Below, one piece after another: positions 25,615 to 36,854 of a stretch of 64,000 nt of DNA. Position 1 is the first letter of the stretch, and each line of letters starts with the position of its first letter. Where the stretch lies: assembly GCF_988243305.1 (NCBI RefSeq), contig NZ_OZ547136.1; one strand, 5' to 3'. The translations under genes were made by a program, and so were the position numbers. The notes under the pieces are model-generated. The model was not told the DNA's origin. It searched no databases and saw only the letters and a list, made by a program, of their open reading frames with translations.

Positions 25615-27594
25615 TCAGAAGCGATAATCCACTGCCATAAAGTAACGACGTCCGTCTTCGTTATAGCTGTAGTCGTCACGACTGAGATCCTTGTCGCCAA
25701 GGTTCAGCACGCCTGCGCGCAGTTTGACGTCTTTAGTCACCTGCCAGGCCGCACCGGTATTCCAGATGGTATAACCGCCCGGTGTTTTAGCCGTCGCGCT
25801 GTCGGCGCGTTTCTGCCCGGTATAGTGACCAGAAACATAGAATGACCAGTCTTCCAGCGCCAGCGGTTTCCAGTCCAGCGTACCGTTAGCGGTATGGAAC
25901 GGCAGATCGGATAAAGGTTTATTTTCGCCGTTGCTGACATCACGACCATCGTTGTAGGTGTAGTTGAGTGACAGTTTCCATTCATCGTTGAACGGAATTT
26001 TCAGTTCGGTTTCCACGCCCTGAATACGAGCTTTGTTAACGTTGTAGTAGCTAAATACCGGCACACCGTTCGCTGTAAAACCAACAAAGTTTTGGTAGCC
26101 TGGTGCAGCATTGACGTCAGACGTACGGCTGATGCTGATACGATCTTTCACATCGTTACGGAAAACGGTAACGCTGGATTCAACCCCTTCCAGCCAGCCT
26201 TCTTCACCCATGTAGTAAAGCCCCAGCTCCCAACTTTCGCTCGTTTCTGGTTTCAGATCCGGGCTACCCACAATCTTACATGCGCCACGGCAAGAATTGC
26301 TCGTCCAGTCAGGGCTAAGTTGCAACAGAGAAGGTGCTTTAAATGCCGTCGCCCAGCCCCCTTTTACCGTTACGGTGTCGGTGGCGTTATAAACCAGGTA
26401 GGCACGCGGACTCCAGTGTTCACCGTAGGTTTCATGATCGTCCATACGTACGCCGGTCGTCAGCGCCAGCGGCTCGAAGATCCGCCATTCATCTTCCACA
26501 AACAGCGCGTACTGGCTGGCAGACGTTTTGGAGCTGGTTCCCCCAGTCAGGTTCACCGCATCGCTAAGTTTGTCGTGACGCCATTCACCGCCAACCGTGA
26601 GAAACTGATTAATCGCCGTCAGCGGCAACGTGTATTTGCCGTCGACCGTATTGCTTTCGGAAGTTATCGGGCTGCTGTTGCCAGGGTTTTTGTTCTCGAC
26701 TTTCTCACCGTAGTATTTCAGTTCGCTGGTGCCGTAATCCCAACGCCCATTATGGCTGACGGATTAGTTCTGGCGTTCCAGGCGGTTTTTGTCCAGCGAG
26801 TCGGAATCACGATCCTGACGGTCGAAACCGTATCCGGCAGTAAAATCGTGATTTTGATTCGGTGTCCAGGCAAATTCGACATTGCCGTCGCGGCTGGAGA
26901 ATCCTTCAATACGCGGCGTTTCTCCGGTATCGGTGGTCGTTGAGTTTTGCGGGTCATCCTTTTCACGTTTTGCCAGGCTGCCGTAAGCTTTCATTCCCAG
27001 CACACCGTCAATTAATGGTCCGCTGGTAAAGAACTGACCGTTATAGGTATCACCGCGATCGCGATGTTCCTGAATGGTGGTATCGACGGTAACGGTACCC
27101 GACCATTTCTGACCGATTTTTTTGGTGATGATATTCACTACACCGCCGAGCGCATCGGAACCGTACAGCGACGACATCGGGCCACGGACCACTTCAATAC
27201 GTTCGATGGAATCGACCGGGATCCAGTTCAGATCGAAATCATTGTGGCGGAAGACGGCATTGCGGGAGTTAACGCGTTTACCGTCGACGAGAATCAGGGT
27301 GTAGCTGCTGTCCAGACCACGAATACTAACGCCCTTACGGTTATCCCCTTCGTTCGTCAGTTGTACGCCAGGCACTTCTTTGAGGACATCCTTCAGATTC
27401 TGTACCGGTTTTCGCTGCAGGTCTTCCTGGGTAATGACGCTGATACTGGCAGGTGCATCTTTAAGGTTTTGTTCAACGGAAGATGCAGTGACAACCATCG
27501 TTTCGCCATCATCATCGACCGCTAACACAGGCCATGCACAAGAAATAGCGGACAAACACAGCCCGACCCGTACGAAAGGGTTCAACCTAAACAT
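25615..27594 (-). pseudogene. cirA: TonB-dependent catecholate siderophore / colicin Ia-Ib receptor CirA, interrupted by an in-frame TAA stop (plus-strand tta at 26764-26766)
   Basis: N-terminus [35 protein letters not shown]... (signal peptide, TonB box) runs to ...DKNRLERQN, then TAA; the same frame continues without further stops ([21 protein letters not shown]...) to the TonB-dependent-receptor C-terminus ...[11 protein letters not shown]. Confidence 0.8.
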
Positions 27595-27762
27595 TCCATA
27601 TCTCCATGAGGTAACTACGAAAATAAAATGGGTATCGCTCACATCTTCTTTACGTCCCCTTGCGTACGGCAGCATCGCGGTGGACTTATTTGTATGCAGG
27701 TGATCATCCCAGAAAGCCGGAACAGCCTCTGATTTGTCAGCCTTTTTTGATTGCGGCGTAAC

Positions 27763-27787
27763 GATAATGCAAACGATAACAATTATC
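27763..27787 (-). promoter_or_regulatory. Fur box in the cirA upstream region
   Basis: gataatgcaaacgataacaattatc resembles the Fur consensus GATAATGATAATCATTATC. Confidence 0.5.
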
Positions 27788-27840
27788 AATCCAAATGATA
27801 AATTTTATATCCGCATGATTTGTCAGGGAAATGGAATTGA

Positions 27841-27864
27841 AAAAGCCCTCTCGGTTGAGAGGGC
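27841..27864 (-). terminator. Intrinsic terminator downstream of lysP
   Basis: gccctctc-ggtt-gagagggc hairpin followed by a T-run on the minus strand. Confidence 0.7.
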
Positions 27865-27885
27865 TTAGCAAGGAAGGGAGGAAAC

Positions 27886-29355
27886 TTATTTCTTATCGTT
27901 CTGCGGGAACTTCATTTCGCTGTAACGTACGAAGTGTGTTCCTTTAATCAGCTTGTAGCCGAACCAAATAATCAGGAACAGCGGGATACCAATATACGTT
28001 GCCGCTACGCCGCCCCAGTCAATGGTATCTTTCAGGAACGCTTCGTAGTTCTGGCCTAAAGTGATAATCAGACACAGAATGAATGCGAAGATCGGCCCCA
28101 GTGGGAAGAAACCTGAACGGTACGGCAGATCGTTAATGTCGTGTCCCTGCAATACGTAACCGCGACGGAAGCGATAGTGGCTAATGGCAATCCCCAGCCA
28201 GGCGATAAAACCGGTCATCCCGGAGGTGTTCAGCAGCCACAGGTATACCGTCTGGTTGCCAAACATGGAGGTCAGGAAGCACAGACCGGCAATCACCGTC
28301 GTCGCATACAGCGCATTACGCGGCACGCCACCACGCGACAGTTTAGCGAAAATGCGCGGCGCTTTACCGTCACACGCCAGGGTGTACAGCATACGAGTAG
28401 ACGCATACATACCGGAGTTACCCGCTGACAGCACCGCCGTCAGAATAACTGCATTCATCACCGCCGCCGCAGAGAGCAGACCCGCGTGCTGGAACACCAG
28501 GGTGAACGGACTAACGCTGATGTCTTTAACATCGTTACGCAGCAGGCTCGGATCGGTGTACGGAATAATCAGGCTGATAATCAGGATCGCGAACACATAG
28601 AACAACAGGATTCGCCAGAACACCTGACGTACCGCGCGTGGAATGTTTTTCGCCGGATCTTCGGACTCGCCTGCAGCAATACCGATCAGCTCGGTTCCCT
28701 GGAAAGAGAAGCCGACAATCATAGCTACGCCGATCATCGCCGCAAAACCACCAGCAAACGGCGCTTCGCCGATTGTCCAGTTGCTCCAGCCCGCAGGCTG
28801 CGCGCCTTTGAAGATACCGATAATCATCAGCACGCCAACGATGATAAAGACAATAACTGTCGTGACTTTGATCAGTGAGAACCAGTATTCCGCTTCACCA
28901 AAGCCGCGAACTGAGATGTAGTTCAGCAGGAAGATAACGCCGAGGAACAGCGCACTCCAGATCCAGCCCGGTGTATCCGGGAACCACCAGCTCATGACCA
29001 GCTGAGCTGCAACCAGGTCAACGGCGATAGTCACCGCCCAGTTGTACCAGTAGTTCCAGCCCAGCGCGAAGCCAAAGCCTTCTTCAACATAGTTCTGACC
29101 GTAAGTGGCAAACGAACCGGAAACCGGCATATATGCAGCCAGTTCACCGAGACTGGTCATCAGGAAGTAAACCATCAGGCCAATCAACATATACGAGAGC
29201 AATGCCCCGCCCGGACCTGCCTGAGAAATCGTTGCGCCAGAGGCAACAAAAAGACCTGTACCGATGGAACCGCCAATGGCAATCATCGTCAGGTGACGCG
29301 CCTTTAATTCACGGCGTAAGCCCGGCGCTTCTGTAGTTTTAGTTTCGGAACCCAT
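27886..29355 (-). CDS. lysP: Lysine-specific permease (APC family)
   Basis: 489-aa product MGSETKTTEAPGLRRELKARHLTMIAIGGSIGTGLFVASG... Confidence 0.97.
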   Translation of the reverse strand: MGSETKTTEAPGLRRELKARHLTMIAIGGSIGTGLFVASGATISQAGPGGALLSYMLIGLMVYFLMTSLGELAAYMPVSGSFATYGQNYVEEGFGFALGWNYWYNWAVTIAVDLVAAQLVMSWWFPDTPGWIWSALFLGVIFLLNYISVRGFGEAEYWFSLIKVTTVIVFIIVGVLMIIGIFKGAQPAGWSNWTIGEAPFAGGFAAMIGVAMIVGFSFQGTELIGIAAGESEDPAKNIPRAVRQVFWRILLFYVFAILIISLIIPYTDPSLLRNDVKDISVSPFTLVFQHAGLLSAAAVMNAVILTAVLSAGNSGMYASTRMLYTLACDGKAPRIFAKLSRGGVPRNALYATTVIAGLCFLTSMFGNQTVYLWLLNTSGMTGFIAWLGIAISHYRFRRGYVLQGHDINDLPYRSGFFPLGPIFAFILCLIITLGQNYEAFLKDTIDWGGVAATYIGIPLFLIIWFGYKLIKGTHFVRYSEMKFPQNDKK

Positions 29356-29559
29356 ACAAAAATGCTATCCATCTTAAAAATGAGGCGCGATTGTAGCAGA
29401 CGATTGGCAATCCTTCCGGCAGAAATACACGGTTATAAGACACCTTCATGATCGCCCAGGGATTATAAGTAAAGCAGCCAATCTCTTTTCTGGCGAATGC
29501 ATGCTGAGGGCGCTGCGTCACGAAATCGACACAGCACCAGCATGTTCTTGTACAGCAAC

Positions 29560-30441
29560 TTAACGCGGTACATTCGCGGGATCGCAATAGTCCAGAAAGC
29601 GCCGTAGCGCGTTGGAAAGGTGTTTTTGCCGATGATGTATACGCCACAACGTACGCATCAGGCGCGGCAGAGGGACCGCAACTTCACTTAATGTGCCTGC
29701 CTGCAATTGATCTTCAATCACCCGCCGCGACAGGCAACTAATTCCCAACCCATGACGCACCGCATGTTTGATTGCCTCGGAGTTACCTAATTCCATCGCC
29801 ATCTCAAACTTCGGTAAATGTGACAGCAACAGATAATCGACAATCTCCCGCGTGCCGGAGCCGCGTTCACGCAGGATCCACGGCGCAGCGGCCAGCTGTT
29901 CTAAGGTGACAGGTCCACGAGCCAATGGCGAAGTCGGCGCGGCGAAAACCACCAGCTCGTCTTCCAGCCACGGTTCAGAAATGATTTCAGTGCTGTGGCA
30001 CGGTCCTTCAATAAAGCCAATATCAACGCGGAAATCCAGCACCGCTTGCATCACGTCCTGGCTGTTCCCAACGCTAAGTTCAATCGGCAACTGCGGATAA
30101 TCATGGCGATAACGGGCAATGACTGCAGGCAGAATGTAGTTACCGATAGTACTACTGGCATAGATACGAATCGCGCCGTTGTCTTCGCGAAACAGTTGTT
30201 CGATTTCAACCGCCTGTTCAAGCAGTGCCAACGCGCGCGGATAGAGCAGCCGCCCGTGTTCATTAACAACCAGTCTTTTCCCCACGCGATCAAACAGTTG
30301 CACGCCAAGCTGCCCTTCCAGGTCGGTCAAGGCTGCGCTCACTGCTGATTGCGACAACGCCAGCATCACCGACGCCTGGGTGGTTGATCCACTTTTCAAT
30401 ACTTCTGCAAAAACTTCCAACTGCCGGAGGGTGATGTGCAT
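29560..30441 (-). CDS. yeiE: LysR-type transcriptional regulator
   Basis: 293-aa product [42 protein letters not shown]... (HTH). Confidence 0.9.
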
Positions 30442-30539
30442 AGTCGCTTACCACTTATAAAGATTAATTATAAATATATAATCAATTTTATTTTTAAACC
30501 AGTTAGTCGTAACCTTATGCCCGGTTAAAGGAGAGGGTT

Positions 30540-31589
30540 ATGACGAATATCACCTTACAGAAACAACATCGTACACTGTGGCATTTTATTCCGGGGTTAG
30601 CCCTGAGTGCAGTTATCACCGGGGTCGCCCTGTGGGGTGGTTCCATTCCCGCGGTTGCGGGTGCCGGGTTTAGTGCCCTCACCCTCGCAATCTTGTTGGG
30701 GATGGTTTTAGGCAACACCATCTATCCGCACATCTGGAAAAGCTGTGACGGTGGCGTGCTGTTTGCCAAGCAATATTTATTACGTCTGGGTATCATTCTT
30801 TATGGCTTCCGTCTGACGTTCTCGCAAATTGCCGATGTCGGTATCAGTGGGATCATCATTGACGTGTTGACGCTGTCCAGTACCTTCCTGCTGGCTTGCT
30901 TCCTGGGGCAGAAAGTGTTTGGTCTGGATAAGCACACCAGCTGGTTGATCGGTGCCGGTAGCAGTATTTGTGGTGCTGCCGCGGTACTGGCGACTGAGCC
31001 GGTAGTGAAAGCGGAAGCCAGTAAAGTAACCGTGGCTGTTGCAACCGTTGTTATCTTCGGGACCGTGGCGATTTTCCTCTACCCGGCGATATATCCGCTG
31101 ATGTCTCAATGGTTTAGTCCGGAAACTTTCGGTATCTACATTGGTTCTACTGTGCACGAAGTGGCGCAGGTGGTGGCGGCAGGTCATGCCATCAGCCCGG
31201 ATGCAGAAAACGCAGCAGTTATTTCCAAAATGCTGCGCGTGATGATGCTGGCTCCGTTCCTCATCCTGCTGGCGGCGCGTGTTAAACAGCTGTCTGGGGC
31301 GAACAGCGGCGAGAAAAGCAAAATCACTATTCCGTGGTTTGCCATCTTGTTCATCGTAGTTGCCATCTTTAACTCGTTCCACCTGTTACCGCAGAGCGTG
31401 GTGAACATGCTGGTAACGCTGGATACCTTCCTGCTGGCAATGGCGATGGCGGCGCTGGGTCTGACCACTCACGTCAGCGCGCTGAAAAAAGCCGGGGCGA
31501 AACCTCTGCTGATGGCACTGGTACTGTTTGCCTGGCTGATTGTTGGTGGTGGTGCGATTAACTATGTGATTCAAAGCGTCATCGCATAA
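30540..31589 (+). CDS. yeiH: Inner membrane protein, UPF0324/YeiH family
   Basis: 349-aa polytopic protein, divergent from yeiE. Confidence 0.9.
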   Translation: MTNITLQKQHRTLWHFIPGLALSAVITGVALWGGSIPAVAGAGFSALTLAILLGMVLGNTIYPHIWKSCDGGVLFAKQYLLRLGIILYGFRLTFSQIADVGISGIIIDVLTLSSTFLLACFLGQKVFGLDKHTSWLIGAGSSICGAAAVLATEPVVKAEASKVTVAVATVVIFGTVAIFLYPAIYPLMSQWFSPETFGIYIGSTVHEVAQVVAAGHAISPDAENAAVISKMLRVMMLAPFLILLAARVKQLSGANSGEKSKITIPWFAILFIVVAIFNSFHLLPQSVVNMLVTLDTFLLAMAMAALGLTTHVSALKKAGAKPLLMALVLFAWLIVGGGAINYVIQSVIA

Positions 31590-31603
31590 ACCACTACATC
31601 TTG

Positions 31604-31655
31604 CTCCTGTTAACCCGCTATCATTACCGTTTTCCTCCAGCGGGTTTAACAGGAG
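31604..31655 (+). promoter_or_regulatory. Long hairpin between yeiH and nfo whose 3-prime arm contains the nfo Shine-Dalgarno
   Basis: ctcctgttaacccgct ... agcgggtttaacaggag (about 16-bp arms, one bulge, 19-nt loop), ending 7 nt before the nfo ATG. Confidence 0.5.
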
Positions 31656-31662
31656 TCCTCGC

Positions 31663-32520
31663 ATGAAATACATTGGAGCGCACGTTAGTGCTGCTGGCGG
31701 TCTGGCAAATGCCGCAATTCGCGCCGCCGAAATCGACGCAACCGCGTTTGCCTTGTTCACCAAAAACCAACGTCAGTGGCGTGCCGCACCGCTCACGACG
31801 CAAACCATCGATGAATTCAAAGCCGCCTGTGAAAAATATCACTACACATCGGCGCAAATTCTTCCCCACGACAGTTATCTGATTAACCTCGGACATCCGG
31901 TCGCTGAAGCTCTGGAAAAATCGCGCGATGCGTTTATAGATGAAATGCAGCGTTGCGAACAGCTGGGGCTTTCTTTGCTCAACTTCCACCCTGGCAGCCA
32001 TCTGATGCAGATTTCAGAAGAGGATTGCCTTGCGCGTATTGCCGAATCCATCAACATTGCGCTGGATAAAACTCATGGTGTGACAGCGGTGATTGAAAAC
32101 ACCGCCGGTCAGGGCAGTAACTTAGGGTTTAAATTCGAACATCTCGCGGCGATTATCGACGGCGTTGAAGATAAATCCCGCGTCGGCGTCTGCATTGATA
32201 CCTGCCATGCTTTCGCTGCCGGGTATGATTTGCGTACTCCAGCCGAATGCGAGAAAACGTTCGCGGATTTTGCCCGTATTGTCGGCTTTAAGTATCTGCG
32301 CGGGATGCACCTTAACGATGCGAAAAGCACCTTTGGCAGCCGCGTTGACCGCCATCATAGCCTCGGTGAAGGCAATATCGGTCATGATGCGTTCCGCTGG
32401 ATCATGCAGGACGACCGTTTCGACGGCATTCCGCTGATCCTTGAAACCATCAACCCGGATATCTGGGCAGAAGAGATCGCCTGGCTGAAAGCGCAACAAA
32501 CTGAAAAAGCGGTAGCCTGA
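31663..32520 (+). CDS. nfo: Endonuclease IV (AP endonuclease)
   Basis: 285-aa product [39 protein letters not shown]... Confidence 0.97.
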   Translation: MKYIGAHVSAAGGLANAAIRAAEIDATAFALFTKNQRQWRAAPLTTQTIDEFKAACEKYHYTSAQILPHDSYLINLGHPVAEALEKSRDAFIDEMQRCEQLGLSLLNFHPGSHLMQISEEDCLARIAESINIALDKTHGVTAVIENTAGQGSNLGFKFEHLAAIIDGVEDKSRVGVCIDTCHAFAAGYDLRTPAECEKTFADFARIVGFKYLRGMHLNDAKSTFGSRVDRHHSLGEGNIGHDAFRWIMQDDRFDGIPLILETINPDIWAEEIAWLKAQQTEKAVA

Positions 32521-32522
32521 AG

Positions 32523-33611
32523 ATGAACAACCGGGAGAAGGAGATCCTTGCAATTTTACGGCGTAACCCGCTGATTCAGCAGAACGAAATTGCGGATATG
32601 CTGCAAATCAGCCGTTCGCGCGTTGCGGCGCATATTATGGATTTAATGCGCAAAGGCCGGATTAAAGGCAAAGGTTACATTCTCACCGAGCAGGAATACT
32701 GCGTAGTGGTGGGGACAATCAATATGGATATTCGCGGGATGGCGGATATCCGTTACCCGCAAGCGGCTTCTCATCCCGGTACCATTCATTGCTCGGCAGG
32801 CGGCGTTGGACGCAATATCGCCCACAATCTGGCGCTGTTAGGCCGCGACGTCCATTTGCTTTCAGTGATTGGCGATGACTTTTATGGCGAAATGCTCCTG
32901 GAAGAAACGCGCCGCGCCGGCGTGAATGTCTCCGGCTGCGTTCGTTTACATGGCCAAAGCACATCGACGTATCTGGCAATTGCCGATCGAGACGATCAAA
33001 TCGTGCTGGCGATTAACGATACCCATCTGCTGGATCAGTTGACACCGCAACTACTGAACGGGTCGCGCGATTTACTTCGTCATGCGGGCGTGGTACTGGC
33101 TGATTGCAACCTGACAGCCGAGGCGCTGGAGTGGGTCTTTACCCTCGCTGATGAAATCCCGGTGTTTGTCGATACCGTTTCAGAATTCAAAGCGGGCAAA
33201 ATCAAACACTGGCTGGCGCATATTCACACCCTGAAACCCACTTTACCGGAGCTGGAAATTTTATGGGGACAGGCGATCACCAGCGATGCTGACCGTAATG
33301 CCGCAGTGAATGCGTTGCATCAGCAAGGCGTTCAGCAACTGTTTGTTTATTTGCCCGATGAGTCTGTTTATTGCAGCGAAAAGGATGGAGAACAATTTTT
33401 GCTGACAGCGCCAGCGCATACGACAGTAGACAGTTTTGGTGCTGACGATGGTTTTATGGCGGGCCTGGTATATAGCTTTCTGGAGGGAAACAATTTCCGT
33501 GACAGCGCCCGTTTTGCGATGGCCTGCGCGGCAATTTCACGCGCCAGCGGCAGCTTAAACAACCCTACCCTGTCTGCCGATAATGCGCTGTCATTAGTGC
33601 CAATGGTGTAA
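32523..33611 (+). CDS. yeiI: PfkB-family carbohydrate/nucleoside kinase with N-terminal winged-helix DNA-binding domain
   Basis: 362-aa product; N-terminus MNNREKEILAILRRNPLIQQNEIADMLQISRSRVAAHIMDLMRKG, then ribokinase-like domain. Confidence 0.9.
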   Translation: MNNREKEILAILRRNPLIQQNEIADMLQISRSRVAAHIMDLMRKGRIKGKGYILTEQEYCVVVGTINMDIRGMADIRYPQAASHPGTIHCSAGGVGRNIAHNLALLGRDVHLLSVIGDDFYGEMLLEETRRAGVNVSGCVRLHGQSTSTYLAIADRDDQIVLAINDTHLLDQLTPQLLNGSRDLLRHAGVVLADCNLTAEALEWVFTLADEIPVFVDTVSEFKAGKIKHWLAHIHTLKPTLPELEILWGQAITSDADRNAAVNALHQQGVQQLFVYLPDESVYCSEKDGEQFLLTAPAHTTVDSFGADDGFMAGLVYSFLEGNNFRDSARFAMACAAISRASGSLNNPTLSADNALSLVPMV

Positions 33612-33616
33612 CAATG

Positions 33617-33652
33617 TTGCCGGATTCGACGCTTGACCGCATCTAATCCGGC
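33617..33652. repeat. Palindromic element between yeiI and nupX
   Basis: ttgccggattcgacgcttgaccgcatctaatccggc imperfect inverted repeat. Confidence 0.5.
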
Positions 33653-33666
33653 TCATAAATTGCACA

Positions 33667-34917
33667 CTACGCTAAACCAATAAAGAACCCGGCAATGGTG
33701 GCACTCATCAGATTAGAAAGTGTCGCCGCCGCCAGCGCGCGTAAACCAAGCTGGGCGATTTCCGGCGCACGGTGTGGCGCAACCGCAGAAAACGCCCCCA
33801 CCACCACCCCGATAGAACCAAAGTTAGCGAAACCGCACAACGCGAAAGAAATAATCGCCACGGTTTTAGCATCCAGAGTGCCAGCTGTTTGCAGATAAGG
33901 TGAGAAATTGAGGTAAGCGACAAATTCATTAATCGCCAGTTTCTGTCCAATCAAACTCCCGGCAAGATTCGCATCACTCCAGTCAACCCCCATCACCCAC
34001 GCCAGCGGGGCCAGCAGGTAACCTAAAATGGACTCCAGCGAGGCATGTTCAAAACCAAACCAGCCGCCAACGCCGCCGATAATACCGTTAATTAACGCAA
34101 TGATGGCGACAAATGCCATCACTACTGTCGCCACACCTGCGGCGATTTTCAGCCCGGTCATTGCCCCTGTAGCGGCGGCTTCAATAATGCTTTTTGGCGG
34201 TGTTTCGGTGAAAGAGAGGTTATTAAAGGAAACCTGCGAAGATTCGGTAGCCGGGCTTAACAGGCGGGCAAACAAGATCCCGCCAGGGATCGCCATTAAC
34301 GATGCCGCCAGCAGATATTCCACAGGCACGCCCAGTGCAGCGTAACCAATCATTGTCGAACCAGCAATCGAGGCCATGCCACTACAAATCGCTGTAAATA
34401 ATTCATTGCGATTCAGCCGATCGATAAAGGGTTTGACGATTGCCGGAATTTCGTTTTGCCCGAGGAAAATGGTAGTGACCGCGACGAATGACTCGATCTT
34501 GCTGATATTTAATGCTTTCTGGAAGATACCGCCGAGAATGCGAATTAAGATCCCCATCACACCGATGTAGTAGAGAATACTCACCAGTGCTGTAACGAAG
34601 ATAATTGCCGGTAATACCCTGAAACCAAAGATAAATCCTGCGCCATCAAATAAGGTATCCATTTTCGGTCCGACCAGAGAACCAAAGATAAATGCGCTAC
34701 CTGCATCGCTGTACGCCATCACTTTATGCACGCCAAAAGCGACTTTTTCTGCGACCCAACGCCCTGGTGGTAACCAAAGCATAATGCCGCCAATCACGAC
34801 CTGTAACACTAACGCCGCGCCAACGGTACGCAGGCTGATCTTCTTCTTGTTTACTGACAGCAAAAACGCAATTGCCAGTAATACCACCATTCCCAGAACA
34901 CTTCTCATGACATCCAT
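33667..34917 (-). CDS. nupX: Concentrative nucleoside transporter (CNT/NupC family)
   Basis: 416-aa product MDVMRSVLGMVVLLAIAFLLSVNKK...; close paralogue of psuT in this window. Confidence 0.9.
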   Translation of the reverse strand: MDVMRSVLGMVVLLAIAFLLSVNKKKISLRTVGAALVLQVVIGGIMLWLPPGRWVAEKVAFGVHKVMAYSDAGSAFIFGSLVGPKMDTLFDGAGFIFGFRVLPAIIFVTALVSILYYIGVMGILIRILGGIFQKALNISKIESFVAVTTIFLGQNEIPAIVKPFIDRLNRNELFTAICSGMASIAGSTMIGYAALGVPVEYLLAASLMAIPGGILFARLLSPATESSQVSFNNLSFTETPPKSIIEAAATGAMTGLKIAAGVATVVMAFVAIIALINGIIGGVGGWFGFEHASLESILGYLLAPLAWVMGVDWSDANLAGSLIGQKLAINEFVAYLNFSPYLQTAGTLDAKTVAIISFALCGFANFGSIGVVVGAFSAVAPHRAPEIAQLGLRALAAATLSNLMSATIAGFFIGLA

Positions 34918-35016
34918 AGTTATTATCTCTTCATGTCATTTTGGGCGACGGCTTTCTGCCCATCAGAAATAGCCGGGCCTGCATCTTGCGATACTGTCCC
35001 GGCTTGTTATCAACAC

Positions 35017-35958
35017 TTAATGGGTTTTGATGTAGCCGCGCACGCACTCTTCGACTAATCCCCAGAACCAGTCGGTATCAATAGTGATGCCGACTTTGGT
35101 ATTGGCGGGCTTGCCAAGAACGCCCAGCTCGTCGCAGACGGTACGCCCATAGCAAGGGCCACTGTTAACGTCCACGTCGACGTACATCTCCTGGGTTTTA
35201 ATGCCATCAGGGTTAATCAGATAACCGATGCAGGTGGCGTCATGCACCGGGCCGCCAGCAAGGCCGTAGTTTTCGAACTGCGTTTTGAGAGTGAAGTTCA
35301 TGATGTCGCTGAACAGCTCTCCGGCGGGGCCGCCTGCCCTTTCCATCCGTGCAATCACGTCCGGGGTGCAAACGGTCTGGTTGGTGAGATCGAGGCCCAT
35401 CATCACTAATGGAACGCCGGAGGTGAACACCACGCGTGCCGCTTCCGGGTCAGCAAAGATGTTGAACTCGGCGGATGGCGTAAAGTTGCCAGTACCGTAA
35501 GCGCCGCCCATCAGCACAATTTCACGGATTTTCGGCAGGATCGCGGGTTGCATACGCATTGCCACCGCGATGTTTGAAAGTGGACCAACCGGCACCAGAG
35601 TGATATCGCCATCGCTTGCCATCAGGGTATCGATGATATATTTCACCGCATGAGTGCTTTCTGCCTGGCGGGTCAGCGGCCCGAATACCGGGCCATCAAG
35701 TCCGGTTTCACCGTGAATATTATCGGCAACGATTTGTTGACGCATAATGGGCTGTGGCATCCCCGCATAAACCGGAACATTAATCTCCAGTTTCTGGCAA
35801 ACATTCAGGCCATTAATTAATGTTTTATCGAGGGTTTGATTACCCGCTACAATGGTGATACCTAATAAATCTATTGCCGGATGTTTCGCTGCCATCATTA
35901 TTGCAATAGCATCATCATGACCCGGATCACAATCCAGGATAATTTTTCTTTTTTCCAT
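35017..35958 (-). CDS. rihB: Pyrimidine-specific ribonucleoside hydrolase
   Basis: 313-aa product [27 protein letters not shown]... (IU-nucleoside hydrolase DxDxxxDD motif). Confidence 0.95.
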   Translation of the reverse strand: MEKRKIILDCDPGHDDAIAIMMAAKHPAIDLLGITIVAGNQTLDKTLINGLNVCQKLEINVPVYAGMPQPIMRQQIVADNIHGETGLDGPVFGPLTRQAESTHAVKYIIDTLMASDGDITLVPVGPLSNIAVAMRMQPAILPKIREIVLMGGAYGTGNFTPSAEFNIFADPEAARVVFTSGVPLVMMGLDLTNQTVCTPDVIARMERAGGPAGELFSDIMNFTLKTQFENYGLAGGPVHDATCIGYLINPDGIKTQEMYVDVDVNSGPCYGRTVCDELGVLGKPANTKVGITIDTDWFWGLVEECVRGYIKTH

Positions 35959-36126
35959 TGTTTATTTCCTCTGTTTCCAGTTGCGTTATTTTTTCTACAG
36001 CAAAGAAAATTCGACCGGGCCGATGATTGAATCTTAACAACAGCGTACGTATGCTAAATATGAGAAATCTCATAGCGGATAAACATCGTGAAAGAAATCC
36101 ACAATAATGATCTTAAGCAGCAATTG

Positions 36127-36786
36127 ATGAGTGAATCAGCGTTTAAGGATTGCTTTTCAACGGATGTTTCAGCCGATACGCGGCTGTTTCATTTTTTAGC
36201 GCGTGACTACATTGTGAAGGAAGGGCAACAGCCGTCCTGGCTGTTTTACCTGACGCGAGGCCGCGCCAGGCTTTACGCCACGCTTGCTAATGGTCGCGTG
36301 TCGCTGATCGATTTCTTTGCCGCGCCCTGTTTTATTGGCGAGATTGAGTTAATCGATAAAGACCATGAACCGCGTGCGGTGCAGGCTATTGAAGAGTGTT
36401 GGTGTCTTGCGCTCCCTATGAAACATTACCGCCCGCTGTTATTAAACGACACACTATTTTTACGAAAACTCTGCGTTAGTTTAAGCCATAAAAATTATCG
36501 CAATATTGTTTCTTTAACTCAGAATCAATCATTTCCGTTAGTGAATCGCCTGGCAGCTTTTATATTACTCTCACAAGAAGGTGATCTTTATCACGAAAAG
36601 CATACGCAAGCGGCAGAGTATTTAGGCGTTTCTTATCGACATCTTTTATATGTTCTCGCGCAATTCATTCACGACGGTTTATTAATTAAAAGCAAGAAAG
36701 GATATCTAATTAAAAACAGAAAGCAGTTGTCAGGACTGGCGCTGGAGATGGACCCGGAGAATAAATTCTCCGGGATGATGCAGTAA
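36127..36786 (+). CDS. yeiL: CRP/FNR-family transcriptional regulator
   Basis: Product [37 protein letters not shown]..., cNMP-binding-like domain plus C-terminal HTH; 219 aa. Confidence 0.85.
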   Translation: MSESAFKDCFSTDVSADTRLFHFLARDYIVKEGQQPSWLFYLTRGRARLYATLANGRVSLIDFFAAPCFIGEIELIDKDHEPRAVQAIEECWCLALPMKHYRPLLLNDTLFLRKLCVSLSHKNYRNIVSLTQNQSFPLVNRLAAFILLSQEGDLYHEKHTQAAEYLGVSYRHLLYVLAQFIHDGLLIKSKKGYLIKNRKQLSGLALEMDPENKFSGMMQ

Positions 36787-36807
36787 AAAATAATCTGCAA
36801 TAGCACG

Positions 36808-36849
36808 ATTGCCGGATGTGACGCTTAATAAGCGCGTACATCCGGCAAT
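36808..36849. repeat. Palindromic REP-like element between yeiL and psuT
   Basis: attgccggatgt...acatccggcaat inverted repeat. Confidence 0.55.
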
Positions 36850-36854
36850 GACAC

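Noticed and set aside
25615-26628. ORF-track 337-aa ORF as an independent gene downstream of the cirA stop
   Set aside because: It is in the same frame as the upstream cirA segment and begins at an internal TTG with no RBS; it is the C-terminal part of cirA, not a separate gene.
26092-26943. 283-aa plus-strand ORF spanning the cirA stop-codon region
   Set aside because: Antisense shadow ORF of cirA with an arginine-rich, repetitive translation and no family resemblance; the cirA frame itself explains the region.
29339-29647. 102-aa minus-strand ORF in the lysP upstream region
   Set aside because: It overlaps the 3-prime end of yeiE in another frame and the lysP promoter/leader, with no RBS; more likely non-coding regulatory DNA.
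30780-31382. 200-aa minus-strand ORF inside yeiH
   Set aside because: Antisense shadow ORF of the yeiH membrane protein gene.
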